Source: Lama guanicoe
Taxonomy: Eukaryota
Length of the DNA: 64,000 bases
Assembly (NCBI GenBank): GCA_013239625.1
Contig: MU056270.1
Coordinates: 558,001-622,000, forward strand
Direction: 5' to 3'
In this document: one piece after another, positions 36,985 through 49,084 of the stretch
Position numbering within the stretch: position 1 is the stretch's first letter
Layout: each line of letters opens with the position of its first letter
Position numbers and translations under genes: made by a program
Notes under the pieces: model-generated
The model's input: the letters and a program-made list of their open reading frames with translations, nothing else
What the model was told of the DNA's origin: nothing
Databases searched by the model: none

Positions 36985-38535
36985 TCGCTCCTGCTCTAGC
37001 GGAGCAGCCTGTGTCAATCCAGCCATCCCCCTGAGAACAAGGGTAAAATCTGGACAAAATACTAAAGGAGTTGTTGAAAGACCATGAACGGCACCTGCGT
37101 CAGCCGGGACTTGAGGGGCCAGGATCTCAGAGGAAAGAAACTCAAGTGACCCCAATATTCTCGCCTGCTTTTCCCGCAAAACATCTGCCACGTCCTGGGC
37201 GATGCTCCGGCTCACGCAGAAGGCAGAGACGTGGCGTGTTCACAGGCGCCAGGGTGGAGCCCAGGGCCCCCAGGGCAGCAGTGCCGGAGAAGCCAAGGGT
37301 GCGGAGAAACAGAATCCCAGAGAAGGGAGCGTGGCGCCCTGCAGCGCCCTTCAGCTCGGGGCCCGGCCAGTCCCCAGCCCGTGTGCAACGAGAGACAGGA
37401 AGCCGGGAGGCGAGCGCCAGCTCGGAGGCCACAGACCTGAGCAGAATGTCCACGAGCCTCGTGGTACCGGAGAGAGAAGACAGACCCCCGAGGGCCAGGC
37501 CCTGGTGGTCAGGGGACGTGGGGCTAGTCCCGCCCACAGAGACTTGGGCTGGCTCAGTCCCTGAAGGGACCAAGGTAACCTGCTCCCCTCTAACTGTCTG
37601 CTAGAAGGAAAGAAACTCCTACAAAAGATGCAAGATAACATCATGCAGAGAGCCTACAGTTCTGTACACAGTACCCAGCATCCAATCATAAACTACCAGG
37701 CATGCTAACAAGTAGGACCCGAAGGGCGAAAACCAGGAGAAAACAGACGGTAGAAACAGCCCCAGGTGACCGAGGTGTCACTGTTATCAGGCGGAATTTT
37801 AAAGTAACTAGGATCAATGTAGTTGAAAGAATAGAGGACAAAGATGTGGCACTGATGTTTTTAAAGATCTGTAAAAAGTAAAAATTCTGGAAGTAAAACA
37901 TAGACTCATCAGAATAAAGAGGGCAGAGAGGCTGTCAACAGTGAGCTCAGCAGAGCAGTGGACAGAGGAGGGGAAACGGCCTGAAGGAGGGCTGGGCAAA
38001 GAGAACAATGATGGGAAATGCGCACAAGAAGATAAGGAACTTCCCACACAGTCAACAGGTGTGGCACACGTGCGGTCGGAGCTCCGGGGAAGACAGAGAC
38101 GTAGAGGAACAGAGGCAGTGTTTGAAGAGGGATTGGCCAAGAAGTTTCCCAAAACGGTACAGACGCAGATTTAAGAAGCTCTACAGAACTGAAGCAGGAT
38201 GAATACAAAGGTGGGAAAACACATCTAGAAACATCAGAGTCACATTGCACTGAAAACGTCACTGGTCAACATGCTGAAAACCAAAAGCACAGGGAACCTT
38301 CCAAGTAGCCAGGGTGAGACCTGACGGCAGCAAGGAGGCTCCATCCCATTCAGGGGAGAAAGGGTCATACTCACAGCTGAATTTTCAAAACGAAAAAATC
38401 AAAAACAAAGACAAAAGAAAACAGTGGAGCCCAGACGACGATGGGTAACATCTTTAAAACGCTGCAAGAAAGTAGTTGGCAAATTCCAGGCACAGAAAAA
38501 TATCTTTTAAACGAAGGCCAAGGAAGGCATTTCGT
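36985..38535 (+). mobile_element. Ancient L1M 5' UTR plus ORF1 remnant
   Basis: 5' start 'ccccctgagaacaagggtaaaatctggacaaaata'. ORF1 motifs 'gcagtgtttgaagagggattggccaagaagtttcccaaa', 'acatctagaaacatcagagtca', 'ctcacagctgaattttca', 'aacatctttaaaacgctg'. Confidence 0.88.
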
Positions 38536-39074
38536 TAACTCTGTTGACACGTAGCACAGCGGACAGAGCTGTCAGCGTGTGTCCCAAAGACTCTGTGCAG
38601 CACGTGCTGCCAACACGCACGCTCCTCCCGCGAGGCTCAGACCTGCGAGGGACCGACGAGAGGAAACCGGGGGTTATGAGCGTCAGACGAACGTATCTCC
38701 TGTGCCCCCCCGGCCCCGTTCACAACTTTCCGCCAACCTCCTCCTTTGTCTTCAAACACAAAAAACACTGGGCCTACACAACTGTGCGTATATAAGCAAA
38801 CTGGTAACTCAAAACCGGAGGCAGTGACTGTGTCTCGCCGGGCACCGCCCGGGGCTGAGGAGGGCGGGGAGTGCCGGGCCCCCTCCTTCTGCGTCACCTC
38901 CTAATGTGTCCGCGCTGGACACAGGACGCCTGGGGCCGAGGGTGGAGCCGAACACAGGCAGACACCATCCTCTGAGGGGAGCTTCACGAGGCATCTGGAA
39001 ACGCAATCGCACCTTCTCCCAGGAAGCCCGTGGGGTGTGAGGGGAAGGTCGCGGGCCTTGGCAGCAGACAGATC

Positions 39075-39245
39075 TCTCGACGACTCTTCAGCCTCACCAC
39101 TTCCCAGCTGAGTGACCAAAGCCCTTACTCCCTCTGAGCCTGGTTTTCTCCACCTTCTAAATGGGAGTACTAACACTCACCTCAAAGAGCCACGCGCCTT
39201 GAACTAGGTCGCAGATACGGGGCCCCGAGGACAGTGCGAGCCCTG
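39075..39245 (+). mobile_element. MIR SINE
   Basis: 'caccacttcccagctgagtgacc...cttactccctctgagcctggttttctccaccttctaaatgggagtactaacactcacctca' is the MIR core. Confidence 0.8.
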
Positions 39246-40859
39246 GTTGTGACCGGCCCCGACCCAGCGGGGACTGCTTCTATCTGCAGGTCTGTCGGGG
39301 CACCGGGCGGGAGGGAGGTGCTGCACGACAGAGCAACGAGCAGGGAGGGCGGATGCGTCCCTTGTCACCCGAGAGGTGGGGGCAGCGGGCAGGGGACTGA
39401 CCTAGCCGCGTGCGTGGAGTCGTGCGCGCGGGCTCCCCTCTGCAAGCTGTGAAGCCGAGTCGTCTTAGAGACAGCACGGTGATTAGCCACCAGCAAAAAT
39501 AAGCACAGCGCTGAGAATTTACAGGAAAATGCATTTAATTAAGCGCCATTTGAGCCACCCACACTGCAAAGGAGGGTTCTGGCAACAAGGGGGCTATTGT
39601 TGCCAAGTTCCTGCCAAATGTTATTTTCCTAAGTTCGGGTGTTGGTTTTTTCTGACCGAGGCCTGAACAAAGAGTTCCAGATGGCAGCGGGGAGGGAGGA
39701 AGTCCATCCCCTCAGACCAGAGGCCTCCCGGAGCCCCGGGAAGATGGGAAACCTTTAAACATACTTCCCCTGGCTGGAGGAAGGGGGCGGGAATCGCAGC
39801 AAGTGTGAAACGGGGACCAGTGGGGCTACACTTGGCGGACGTGAGCCGGTGTTCTTTCGTCGCTGACCGTGCCCCTCCCCGTGGGGCCCGCACAGCACAG
39901 GTTCTCAGAAAGAGCCCTCGGGGGCAGGAGAACACGGGGGCCCGAGCCATGAAAGACGCCCGTCCTGGCCCCGCCAGCTGGCTCCTCGCGCGCGCCGCTC
40001 CCTGCATCCTCGCAAAGCCCGGGACAAGCACATCTCGGCCGCAGTGCTCAGGTGCAGGACCCAGGCCCAGAGAAGTTAGTTTGCCTGTTGCCACGGGCTC
40101 GCCAACAACAGAGCTGCACTCCAGCCAAGGCCTGTCTGAGTTCAAAGGTCGCCTCCTGCCACGGCCCTGAGAAGCTGGGCGAAGTTCTGAAAAGTCCGCC
40201 TTCACATAAATAGGTAACTAAAAAAATCAATGTGCAAGATTAAGCTTCGCCAATAGGGGAAGACTGGCCCGTAAGAGAATATAGGTCAAGAAACACACAA
40301 AGATACCTGCTGTGCTGGGAAATCACAGCACATTCTGTGTAACAAAGAAGTTCAGGGTCATGAGGCTAAAGGTAAAACCATCCCCAGAGTCACCGAGGGC
40401 CAGGGGGTCGCCTCAGCCCCCTGCTTTCGCCGGAGGAGCAGAGCTCACAGACGCGCGGTCGTAAAGTCCCGCAGCCTCGTAGGGGCTGCAGTTTGTCCGC
40501 CCTGCTCGCTCCTGAGCCGGCAGGAAAATGAGGGTGTGCAGGCTGCGAGTGTAAATGTGAAAACCGTTTGCCCCTGTTGAATTTTCTTCTGGATGTCAGG
40601 TGTGAGGCCAAAGAGAGACGCGGACACAGGTCTTGCTTCCATAACGCTTTAGAGACAGAAAACACTGCAGTGTGGGAGCGAAGGCACTTAGGTGGGGGCT
40701 GCGGCGCGGTTCTGTGCCGTCTGAGCGGCCGCCTCCGCGTCCCGGGGCACCTGGACCCGTCATCTGTAAACTGAAGATGCCTGCGTCACTCCCAGCTCGC
40801 TCTGCCGCGCCGCCACGCCACATACTAATGATCTTCCCAGCAACCCCAGTCGTGCGTCA

Positions 40860-41380
40860 CAAACAGTCCGACTTCAGTACACCCAAAATTGAGCTCAGCA
40901 TGGTGCAGCCCAAATGCAGTCTCTCTTTGGTGCCCCACGCCCCACAGGGACAGCCGCTAGAGCTTTGACGCCCCGTCTGTCTCCCTCCACGTCCAGTCAG
41001 CACCAGCCTCTGCCAGGTCCGCCTCTGTGTATCCCTGATCCAGTCCCACTCTCCGCTTCCAGAACCGCCTCTTAGCACATCATTATTTCTCAGCTGAAAT
41101 AAACCAAGTCCCCACTCACTCTCCCTGTAGCCTTGTTCCCACAATATCCACTCTCCACACGGCATCTAGAGTGGTCTTCATGAAGTTTGATCTGGTCCTA
41201 ACCCTTCAATGGCAAAAAGCCTTCACTTTTTCTCCAGACACTACTGTGCCGGGTCCAGAAGTCTGGGCAAGATCCCCCGTGATCTGTCATCTTATTTCTC
41301 CGACTTCGACTCTTGACATCCTTACCTCTTTCTTCTATAATCTCATCAAACCAGACAGACATTTTATTTCAAAGTTTCTA
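40860..41380 (+). mobile_element. L2 LINE fragment
   Basis: 'cccaaaattgagctcagcat...tccactctccacacggcatctagagtggtcttcatgaag...cccttcaatggc' is typical of the L2 3' region. Confidence 0.75.
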
Positions 41381-41382
41381 TA

Positions 41383-41455
41383 ATAGAGGAAATGATAGAT
41401 AGGAAGACAGATAGATAATTGATAGACAGATAGACAGATAATGGATAGATGATAA
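41383..41455. repeat. Degenerate (GATA/GACA)n microsatellite
   Basis: gatagataggaagacagatagataattgatagacagatagacagataatggatagatgata. Confidence 0.85.
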
Positions 41456-41804
41456 AGAGGTGCTGACAAGCAGACAAGTGCATAAACACATAGACAGAAG
41501 GAGCAGGAGAGCGGGAGCAGGGTGGACGCCAGCGGACGGCCAGAGAAGTCAGCCCATCTTTGAAATGGAAGTTATGGTCTGACCCCACAGATGGTGAGGC
41601 CTGTGGAAGACCAGCCTCCTGGTGCAGAAGCTGGGAAGAGTGAAAGGAAGGACAGACAAGAACTAAACGAGCAACGAGGAGAACAGACCGCGGAAACAAG
41701 CAGACACCGAGCAGCGGGGACGGACGCGGTCAGGCTGACACGGGAGGAGAGCCCGTCGGGAAGGAGGACACGGCGGTGGGAATGGCCCTCAATTCAGGGT
41801 GTGG

Positions 41805-42790
41805 ACTTCTGTTTGGGACAGAGTGACAGGGATCCGATTCACCCTCCTGCCTTTACTGACAACAATAAAAAGGAAATTGGAATTTCAGACATCGGCCAAC
41901 AGGCAGCACAGGAGAGTGACTCCTGAGAGAAGAGAACAGACGAGGTCAGCCCTGGGATGGCACCGCTGCTGCCTGGAGAGGGTGCTCCGTGAAGCAACAG
42001 TGCAGGAAGGAGGCACCGAGCAACGCCTGGCGGCCTCCCTAAGCCGAGCGGGCGCGGCTGAGCTTGCCAAGCAGAGTAATGGGGAGAAGGGAGCTTCGTG
42101 GGAAAGAGAGCCCTGCCAGGGGCGGCGCTGCAGGGGTGTGCCGAGGGTCCCCCCTTCTCTCCAGCGGCGTCTGACCAGAACGCGGATGTGAAAAGGCGTA
42201 CTGAGAAGGGAAATACCCCTAAAGGGAGGTTGCTCTGGTGCCATGCAACCAAGCTCGAAAGCGAGCTCCAGGAGGACGGGCTGTTTTCAGGTGGCTCGCG
42301 GTGTCCCAGGACAGAGCCCGAGAGAACCTGAAAGAACACGAGAACACCGGACACCCAACGAGACAAAAACGGCAGTCCTGCCACCCACCCGGAAATCAGC
42401 AGACACACAAGGAGCAGGCAAACGCAGTCCACGGTGGGGGCGTCATCAAAGCAGACAGACCCAGAGACCACGCAGACCAGAGGAGTCACAGACCAAGACA
42501 CCGAGACCGTCGTAAGGACGGCCCCACAGAGGAGGAGACTGAAGAGCGGCTCGGAGGATACGCACGTGGGAGAAGAAGGCCTCTGCGCCCGGGGTGTCCC
42601 CGAGATGCGCGGGAGGGAGGCAGCGACCGACCTGCATCACCGGGAACGGCCGCACCCCTTGCTGTCCAAACTCGGGCGCTTTCGAGAGCGGAAGGGCGCT
42701 GCTGGCCATGACCTTGGGAGCACAGGCAGAAACTGAGACGACCGGGGGCACGTGACGTAAGGGGAGGAAGCGTCCCCTCCCAGAGCTCAG
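41805..42790 (+). mobile_element. L1MC/L1MD-type 5' UTR and ORF1 start, strongly GC-shifted
   Basis: 'aggcagcacaggagagtgactcctgagagaagagaacagacgaggtcagccctgggat...ctgcctggagag' matches the L1MC/MD 5' end consensus as recalled. Confidence 0.75.
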
Positions 42791-45007
42791 CAAGGCCGAG
42801 CTCAGGCCGAGGAACTCTGGTTCACGAACGTCGAAGCTCCTGTGCTTCAGGGATGAGCCGCTTCCTGGGAACCTCAGCCCCGACACCGATCGCCAACGCC
42901 ACAAGCCCGTCTGAGACCAGCCCGCCTTTGGCAGCCCTCTCGCTCCGCTCCAGGGCCGCCTGGACCTCTTGTCGCTGTGTTGTGTCCGACTCTTCCACTG
43001 GAGGCGCAGGCTCAGGCTCTCGGGTCCTCCATCTAACTCAGCTGCCGCGTCTCTGCCCCACAGGACCCCACTGCCCGCTGCTCAAGGGGCTGAGATGAGG
43101 GTCGTGATGGAGTGAAGGAGCTCCTTGGAAAGACAGGTGTGTCATGCGTCACCCTTGGGAGGTAGAGCCTAGACCAGGGACTCCGGGAGCAAGGACGCCA
43201 GGGGCCCTCTGAGGCAGGTAAAGTGGCCTCACAGGACAGCCCTGAAGGGACACCGCTTTGCAAGCTCCAATCTGACCAGGGGGTGGCAACCCCCCCGCCA
43301 GGTGGAATCCACCAGCACTCCGAATTATTTGCCCAAGAGAGCCCAGGAGGAAGGTAATCTCTGGAAGGGGAGAAACCAGTCTCGTGACACGTCCAACTTT
43401 CAATCTGCTGGTGAGAAACTTCAGTCCAAGGGCAGAGCACGGAAAGGCACAGGCGTGTGGGCAACAAGAGTGCCTCCCATTTCAATGAGCCTCTGTTCCC
43501 GTGAGTAATTAGATTATCACAGATCCTAACTTCATGCTGCAACCTGATTGAAACCCGGCCCCAGCCCTGTCCTGGAGCCTGTGACGGGCCAGACGAGCCC
43601 GGAGCCCCGCTGTCACCACCTCTCCAAGCGCCGGCGTCTTAATTAAAAAATTACAAGCTAGGCTTCTGCCAGGGGTTCAGATAAAACATCAGAAGTGGGG
43701 GCGGGGGGGGTCCTTATTCCAGTTAAAGGGCAGTGTCAGGGCTGCGGGTGGGGCAGAAGCCCCCAGGAGGCTCCCGGGCCCTGGACGACCAGCCGGGGTG
43801 CAGCCCGTCCTCCCGAGGGGCTGCCCTCAGGGGAGACTGCGCAGCCGGTGGCCACATGTGGAAACAAGTGCGCCCCGCCCACCCCAAAGCTGGTCTCTTG
43901 GAGTGGGCCTGTCGCAGCCTGTGGGGAGGCACACAGCACGTTCGGCTCAGCTGGAAACCCGAGTGCGATGGAAACCAGCCAAGAAGTGGCGTCTCGTCGG
44001 CCACCGACACTGCTTTCGACCCTCCCGTTCCCTGCAGGTAGGTGGGCGCCGGGACCCGGCCTGGGCTCCCGGGAGAAAACTTAACGCCAGGAGCACCTGC
44101 GTGCACGTGGCAGCGTTCAGGGCTGGGACGAGATGCGGGGAGGCCAGGTTTGTTAGTGTCAGGCGTCCCCTTGAGATGACAGAGTTGACCCACGCCCACC
44201 TTGAAGCCAAGAGAAAACCTTCCTCCACGGGCTTACAGGGACAGCGGCCTGGCGTCTGGGCGTTCAGATGAACAGACTTTTGTGAAACGACTAATTAACA
44301 GCTGAAGGTTGTCAGTGACGCTGGAACACTGAAAGGACAAGGGCTGGACTTGGTTTATGTTCAGTATCTTCCATTTCTATGCCCCCTCCCTTCGCCCCTA
44401 GAGTGACCACATCCTGGGACTTGGACAGACCTGAGCAGAACCGGGGTGACATACAGGCACGACCCTCATCCAGGCCCCCCGCACTTGGGTGCCCAGAATT
44501 AGGTCTTTTCAAAGGTTCAGACACACGTGAGACCTCAGGGGCCTCTTCCCCAGCCCCGTCTTCGCCCTCCTTCCAGCCCAGTCTAGAGTCTGAGCAGGTG
44601 GTTCTGGACGAAGGCGCAGCCCGAGAGGTCACGTGTCTCGCTCCAGCTCCTGGTTCGTACATCCTGGAAAAAGCTGTGGACGTGGAGGGCTGAGGCTGCC
44701 CACCAGCATGGGTGTGACAGGCCCTAACACAGGGCCTCCCGCTGTGGGATGGAGACGTCTCAGAGGCACATTCAGCTAAAGACCAGACAGTCAGACTCTG
44801 CACGCCCACAGGTTGCCCTGCGTGGTCACTGACAGGGTGTAGTGCGGACGGCGCGGAAGACTGCAGGTGGAGGACCCTTCGTCGGGGTTCCCAGGGGCCT
44901 GCGGGCAGCTGCCGCCTGGGGCTCCTCCCTAGAACCTTGCCAATGAGACAACCTCCAGCCACCAGCCACGCGGGACCCAGGTCTGCCCCCACTCAGCCTG
45001 CTCTCTA

Positions 45008-45228
45008 GCCTGGCCCTGTCCACCCAGCCCATCCCCGGCCCAGCCCTGTCTACCCGGCCCTGGCGTTGTCCACCCAGGCCCCTTCCCTGGCCCGGCCCTG
45101 TCCACCCGGCCCAGCCCTGTCTACCCGGCCCTGGCCCTGTCCACCCAGGCCCCATCCCTGGCCCGGCTTTATCCACCCAGGCCCTGGCCCTGGCTCAGCC
45201 CTGTCCACCCGGCCCAGCCCCGGCCCAG
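45008..45228. repeat. Degenerate GC-rich minisatellite (~20-bp core GGCCCTGTCCACCCGGCCCA)
   Basis: Repeated 'ccctgtccaccc/ccctgtctaccc' cores separated by ggccc units. Confidence 0.85.
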
Positions 45229-45699
45229 CTGGGCAGGAGGAAGGGCCACTCTTGCTTCTGCCTCCTTTCCCCTCCTATCCACCTCTCCCTGTTGCTGCCT
45301 TTCTTGGTTTCTTTCCAAAATTTGTTCCTTTGGGTATAAATCCAGAAAGCACAGATGGTACCATGTAACTACGAGAAGCCAGCATGCAAATCCTCCACGT
45401 GGCTGCGAGAGGGGACCGGAGGGCCGTGGGCACCTCTCGCGTTGTCACGAGCACAAAGATCTGGGTGCCTGTAATTCCCCTGCTGTGTGTGTGTTTGCGT
45501 GTGAAATGACTGTCCCCCTCCGTGTGTCATTCCTCTTCGTTTCTTTCTTTGGAGAAGGGTTGTGGGTTTGCGTGCTCGGCCCTCTGCAGCAGGCCTCCCT
45601 GGTGTGAGGTGTGCGCAGGGCGGGTGGTGGGCGTGCGCACACTTTCAAAGGTCACAGCTCCCCCCGCCTGGTGCGCCCCAGCCCCAGCCGGCACGCGCA

Positions 45700-45955
45700 C
45701 AGGGCCCGCCCCTCACCTCCAGTCCCGGCTCGAATGTCAGCTGTTCCCCCACTACCCCCGTCTCCACAGCCCTGATCACCCCCTAAGGGACTAGAAAGCG
45801 TGCTCATTTAATCCCCGTGTCGTTTGCTGCCCAGTTCCTCTCACAGCGTTCACGCCCCAGGAGGGCTCTTTCTCTTCTTCTAGCGTAGCTGCCCGGCACC
45901 GGGAACAGGGTCTGGCCCGTGGAGATGCTCAGAAAACTCATGGTGGAAAATCAGT
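45700..45955 (+). mobile_element. Possible L2 3' end
   Basis: 'ctgcccggcaccgggaacagggtctggcccgtggagatgctcagaaaactcatggtggaa' resembles the L2 terminus. Confidence 0.45.
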
Positions 45956-46469
45956 TGTGCCGCGTCCCTTCCCAAATTTTACTTCCTCACTGCCGTCTCC
46001 CAATGGAGAGGTGAGTGGGTCCCTCCCACCCTCGGCCTTCAGGAGAAACTGCAGGCGGACTGAAGGAGCAGCCGGCCCTCTGGGGGACCAGCCAAGGCTC
46101 TCAGGGGTGCCGAGGAGCTCGGAGCAGCCCTGCCCGCCTTGGGCTGCCGGCCCTCTCCTCAGGGGCCGCGTGGCAACGTCACAAGCCCTCAGCACACGTG
46201 GCTTTTGTCCAGGTCCAGGGAGGAGGGGTCCCTTCTGGCCCAGATTCTGTCAAGATAAGATGCAAGTGTGTACTGAGCGGAGGGACACCCCTGAGGGGTC
46301 CTGGGAGAAAGCTTTTCCACATGCTGATGGGAGGTGTTTAAACTTCGCCACTGAGAATGACAACCCCTGGTCAGGAAGGCAGCCAGTCCCGAGGAGCGGA
46401 CGCCGGATGGGAAGCCAGGCCCCTGGGCCCCGTGCTGGGCCCGCCGGGGGGCTGTCCAGAGGGGGCTGT

Positions 46470-46555
46470 CTGGGGGAGGCCTCACTTTCCTCGTCTATAA
46501 AATGCCGGGGTGGGACTAGATTACCCCCAAGGTCCTTTCAGCTCTAATTTACTGA
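46470..46555 (+). mobile_element. MIR3/MIRb 3' fragment
   Basis: 'gcctcactttcctcgtctataaaatg...ggactagattacccccaaggtcctttcagctctaa'. Confidence 0.8.
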
Positions 46556-47019
46556 TGCTCCTGGCACCTGGGGGTCTCTGAGTTCACCTGGACACCACCC
46601 GTGGCACCTCTTCTGTCAAATGCTTGTCTAGGTGAACCCTCCGTTGGATTAACCAGAACCATTCCTGGTGAAGAGGCTCAGTCTGAGGGCTCAGAGCAGC
46701 AGCCAAGGACACAGGACACAGGACACAGTGTCCATCCACTGCGGGCGTCCGTGGAGCCCCAGTCGTGCTGACCACCGCCCAGAGGGGCCGGGCACCAGGC
46801 GCACAGAGGGGTCAGGCCAGATCTTCCCGGTGGTTCCTCAGCTCTACCTTCAGGGACGGGAAGTCCCACGACAGTTCTCAAAGACACCCTACAGGGCTCT
46901 GCCTGGCCAACCAAACGCCAGGCAGCTTGTAGGTGGGTAAGAAATTACACCAGGGCCAGGCAGAGCCACGGGGCCCACGCAGAATGAGCCGTGATGAATG
47001 GCACCCAGGAGAAGAGCCA

Positions 47020-47572
47020 GGACGCGTGGGCCAAAGAAGAAAGAGAGAGCTCGCGTCGTCAGACGCCGACACAGATGTAAAGAGTGATTTGGGAGCAAGA
47101 ATCAACGGCGGATCGACGGAGCAGGGCCAAGGACGAGCCCGGACTCAGACACAGATGTGGAGGTTTATGTAGACGCGTATGTGCGACGGCATCACGTTTG
47201 ATAAAAGCTGCGTTTAAAATCAGAAGGGAAAACGGATTATTTGATAAAGAATCTTACTTCTAATTCACATCACACACCCAAATAAATTTCAAATGGACTG
47301 CAGAATCACACACAGAAAATTACCAGGGATAAAACTAGAAGGCAATAAAGCTCACTTCTCATCTGAGCCCTCGTAGGGACAGTGTTCCGAAGCATATGTG
47401 CAGAAGAAAATGAAACAAATGAAACACCAACATTTAGAACTACATAAAAATTTGAAATTCTCTCCATAGAAAGAGCATTCGTTCGATTAAAAGATGAACA
47501 ATAAACCAGAAGGCGAGAGCTTAAAACGGTAAGACAGGCAAGGGGCTAAAATTCTGAACGAAGCTCTTGGTA
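47020..47572 (+). mobile_element. L1ME-like ORF2 3' remnant (part 1)
   Basis: 'tttgataaaag...aaaatcagaagggaaaacggattatttgataaa...cacatcacacacccaaataaatttcaaatggac...actacataaaaatttgaaattc'. Confidence 0.8.
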
Positions 47573-47584
47573 AGTCACACCGTG

Positions 47585-47732
47585 TTACCGACTGTGAGCG
47601 TGGGTGCCTCATTTACCCCTCATAAACTTGTATTATTTTAATGGAGATAATAATTGCTTGTATCTCGCAGGAGGTGAGGGTTAAAGGAGATAAAACAGCA
47701 TTAGCGCCTACGTGTTTACTGTCATTATTACC
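47585..47732 (+). mobile_element. MIR SINE inserted within L1ME
   Basis: 'aatggagataataattgcttgtatctcgcaggaggtgagggttaaaggagataa' is the MIR core/3' portion. Confidence 0.7.
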
Positions 47733-47779
47733 ACTAGGATTAAACTGTTTATTAAATAATATTAAATATTTACATTCAC

Positions 47780-48560
47780 AAAGAAGACATTTTATTATGA
47801 AAGACCTCAACAGAGTTATGAGCAAGACTTGGAAAGGCAATTCAAACCAGAAGAACACAAATAGGGCGCGGAGAGTGTCGAAGCAGACGGGACAGCAGGG
47901 CGTCTGAGAACACAGCGGGGGGGGGGCGGTGTGCAGAGAATTCTCACACCTGCGGGTGGACGTGCCAACTGGTGTAAACTTCCTATATGGCAATTTGTCA
48001 AAACATATCAAAATGGCAGAAAACGGCATTTACTTCATGATGAATGACATACTTACTGACTCTACTTCTAGAATTTTATGTAAGGAAACAATCAGATTCG
48101 TGCAAAAGAAAAAAGTATCCTGAGATTATTAAGCACGATAGCAAACGTCAGAAGCAGCTGAAGATCCCGCAAAGGACGCGCTTTCCCAACGTGCAACAGA
48201 GTTCTGTGCAGCCCCTGAAAAGCACACTGCAGAGGAGCATTTAGGGGCCTGAGAAAATGTCCACAATTACTTGTTCAACCAAAAAAAGCAAGTTACCACT
48301 CTGTTCTGTATGTTATTTCAACTTCTTAAATTCATGTATTTTAAAATTTATCGACAGACCTTTCTGAATAAGCAGACATACACACGTGTTCATATATGTA
48401 TCTGAAACAGAAACGCACTGTCTAGATCTGGGCGGCAGAAATGCTAGTGATTTTGATATTTTTTTGTATTATCTTTGTGCCTTTCTCTGTTCTCTGGCAT
48501 TTCCTCTTTATTTCTGTGCACAGCTTTTCCTTGTTAGAAAAAAATGCAGCAAATGTTGCT
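47780..48560 (+). mobile_element. L1ME-like ORF2 end and 3' UTR (part 2)
   Basis: 'ttctcacacctgcgggtggacgtgccaactggtgtaaacttcctatatggcaatttgtcaaaacatatcaaaa...ctacttctagaattttatgtaaggaaacaatcaga'. Confidence 0.8.
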
Positions 48561-48579
48561 TTAAGAGCCCTTGAGGTGG

Positions 48580-49045
48580 TGCTCAGCCTCATCTCAGACC
48601 CAAGCTCATCTTCTCATTGCAAATTGGAGATCAAGAAGGCCAGCCAATCGCTCACTGCAGCGTCCTGTTTCCACCCAGTCTGGTGTGAGAGCCTCTCTCA
48701 AGAGTCTCCTCCCGAGTCAGTTACTGCCCGACCAGCACAGTCCTGCTGGCCCTCGCCCGCCTCCCCGCCCCCGTTCTGGGAAGCAGAGGTGCATGCAAAG
48801 AGCTCTGGACTTGGAGCCCGTGGTCCTGGCAGCCGTCCTCGTCCTTGCGTTCTCGCTCTCGTTCCCGGTTCTTTTGTTTCATGTCACACATTTTACTTTG
48901 TAACGTTACAGTTGTTGGTTGGTTTGAGATTTGTCTGTCTCGTGCCCTAGACTCTAGCAGGGCAGGGCCACATTAGGTTTTCTCAGCACCAAGGACAGCT
49001 TTAACACATAGTAGGTACTTAACAAATATTTGGTGAATCAGTGAC
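48580..49045 (+). mobile_element. L2 LINE 3' end
   Basis: 'ttgtctgtctc...ctagactctagcagggcagggcc...acacatagtaggtacttaacaaatatttggtgaatcagtga' is the L2 terminus. Confidence 0.8.
48982..49002 (+). promoter_or_regulatory. Candidate REST/NRSF RE1 site within the L2 tail
   Basis: cTCAGCACCaaGGACAGCttt has both RE1 half-sites with the canonical 2-nt spacer. The last three bases deviate from the GCC consensus. Confidence 0.5.
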
Positions 49046-49084
49046 AGGAGAGTCACCGCTCAGTGGCGAGCACGGCGATGATGG

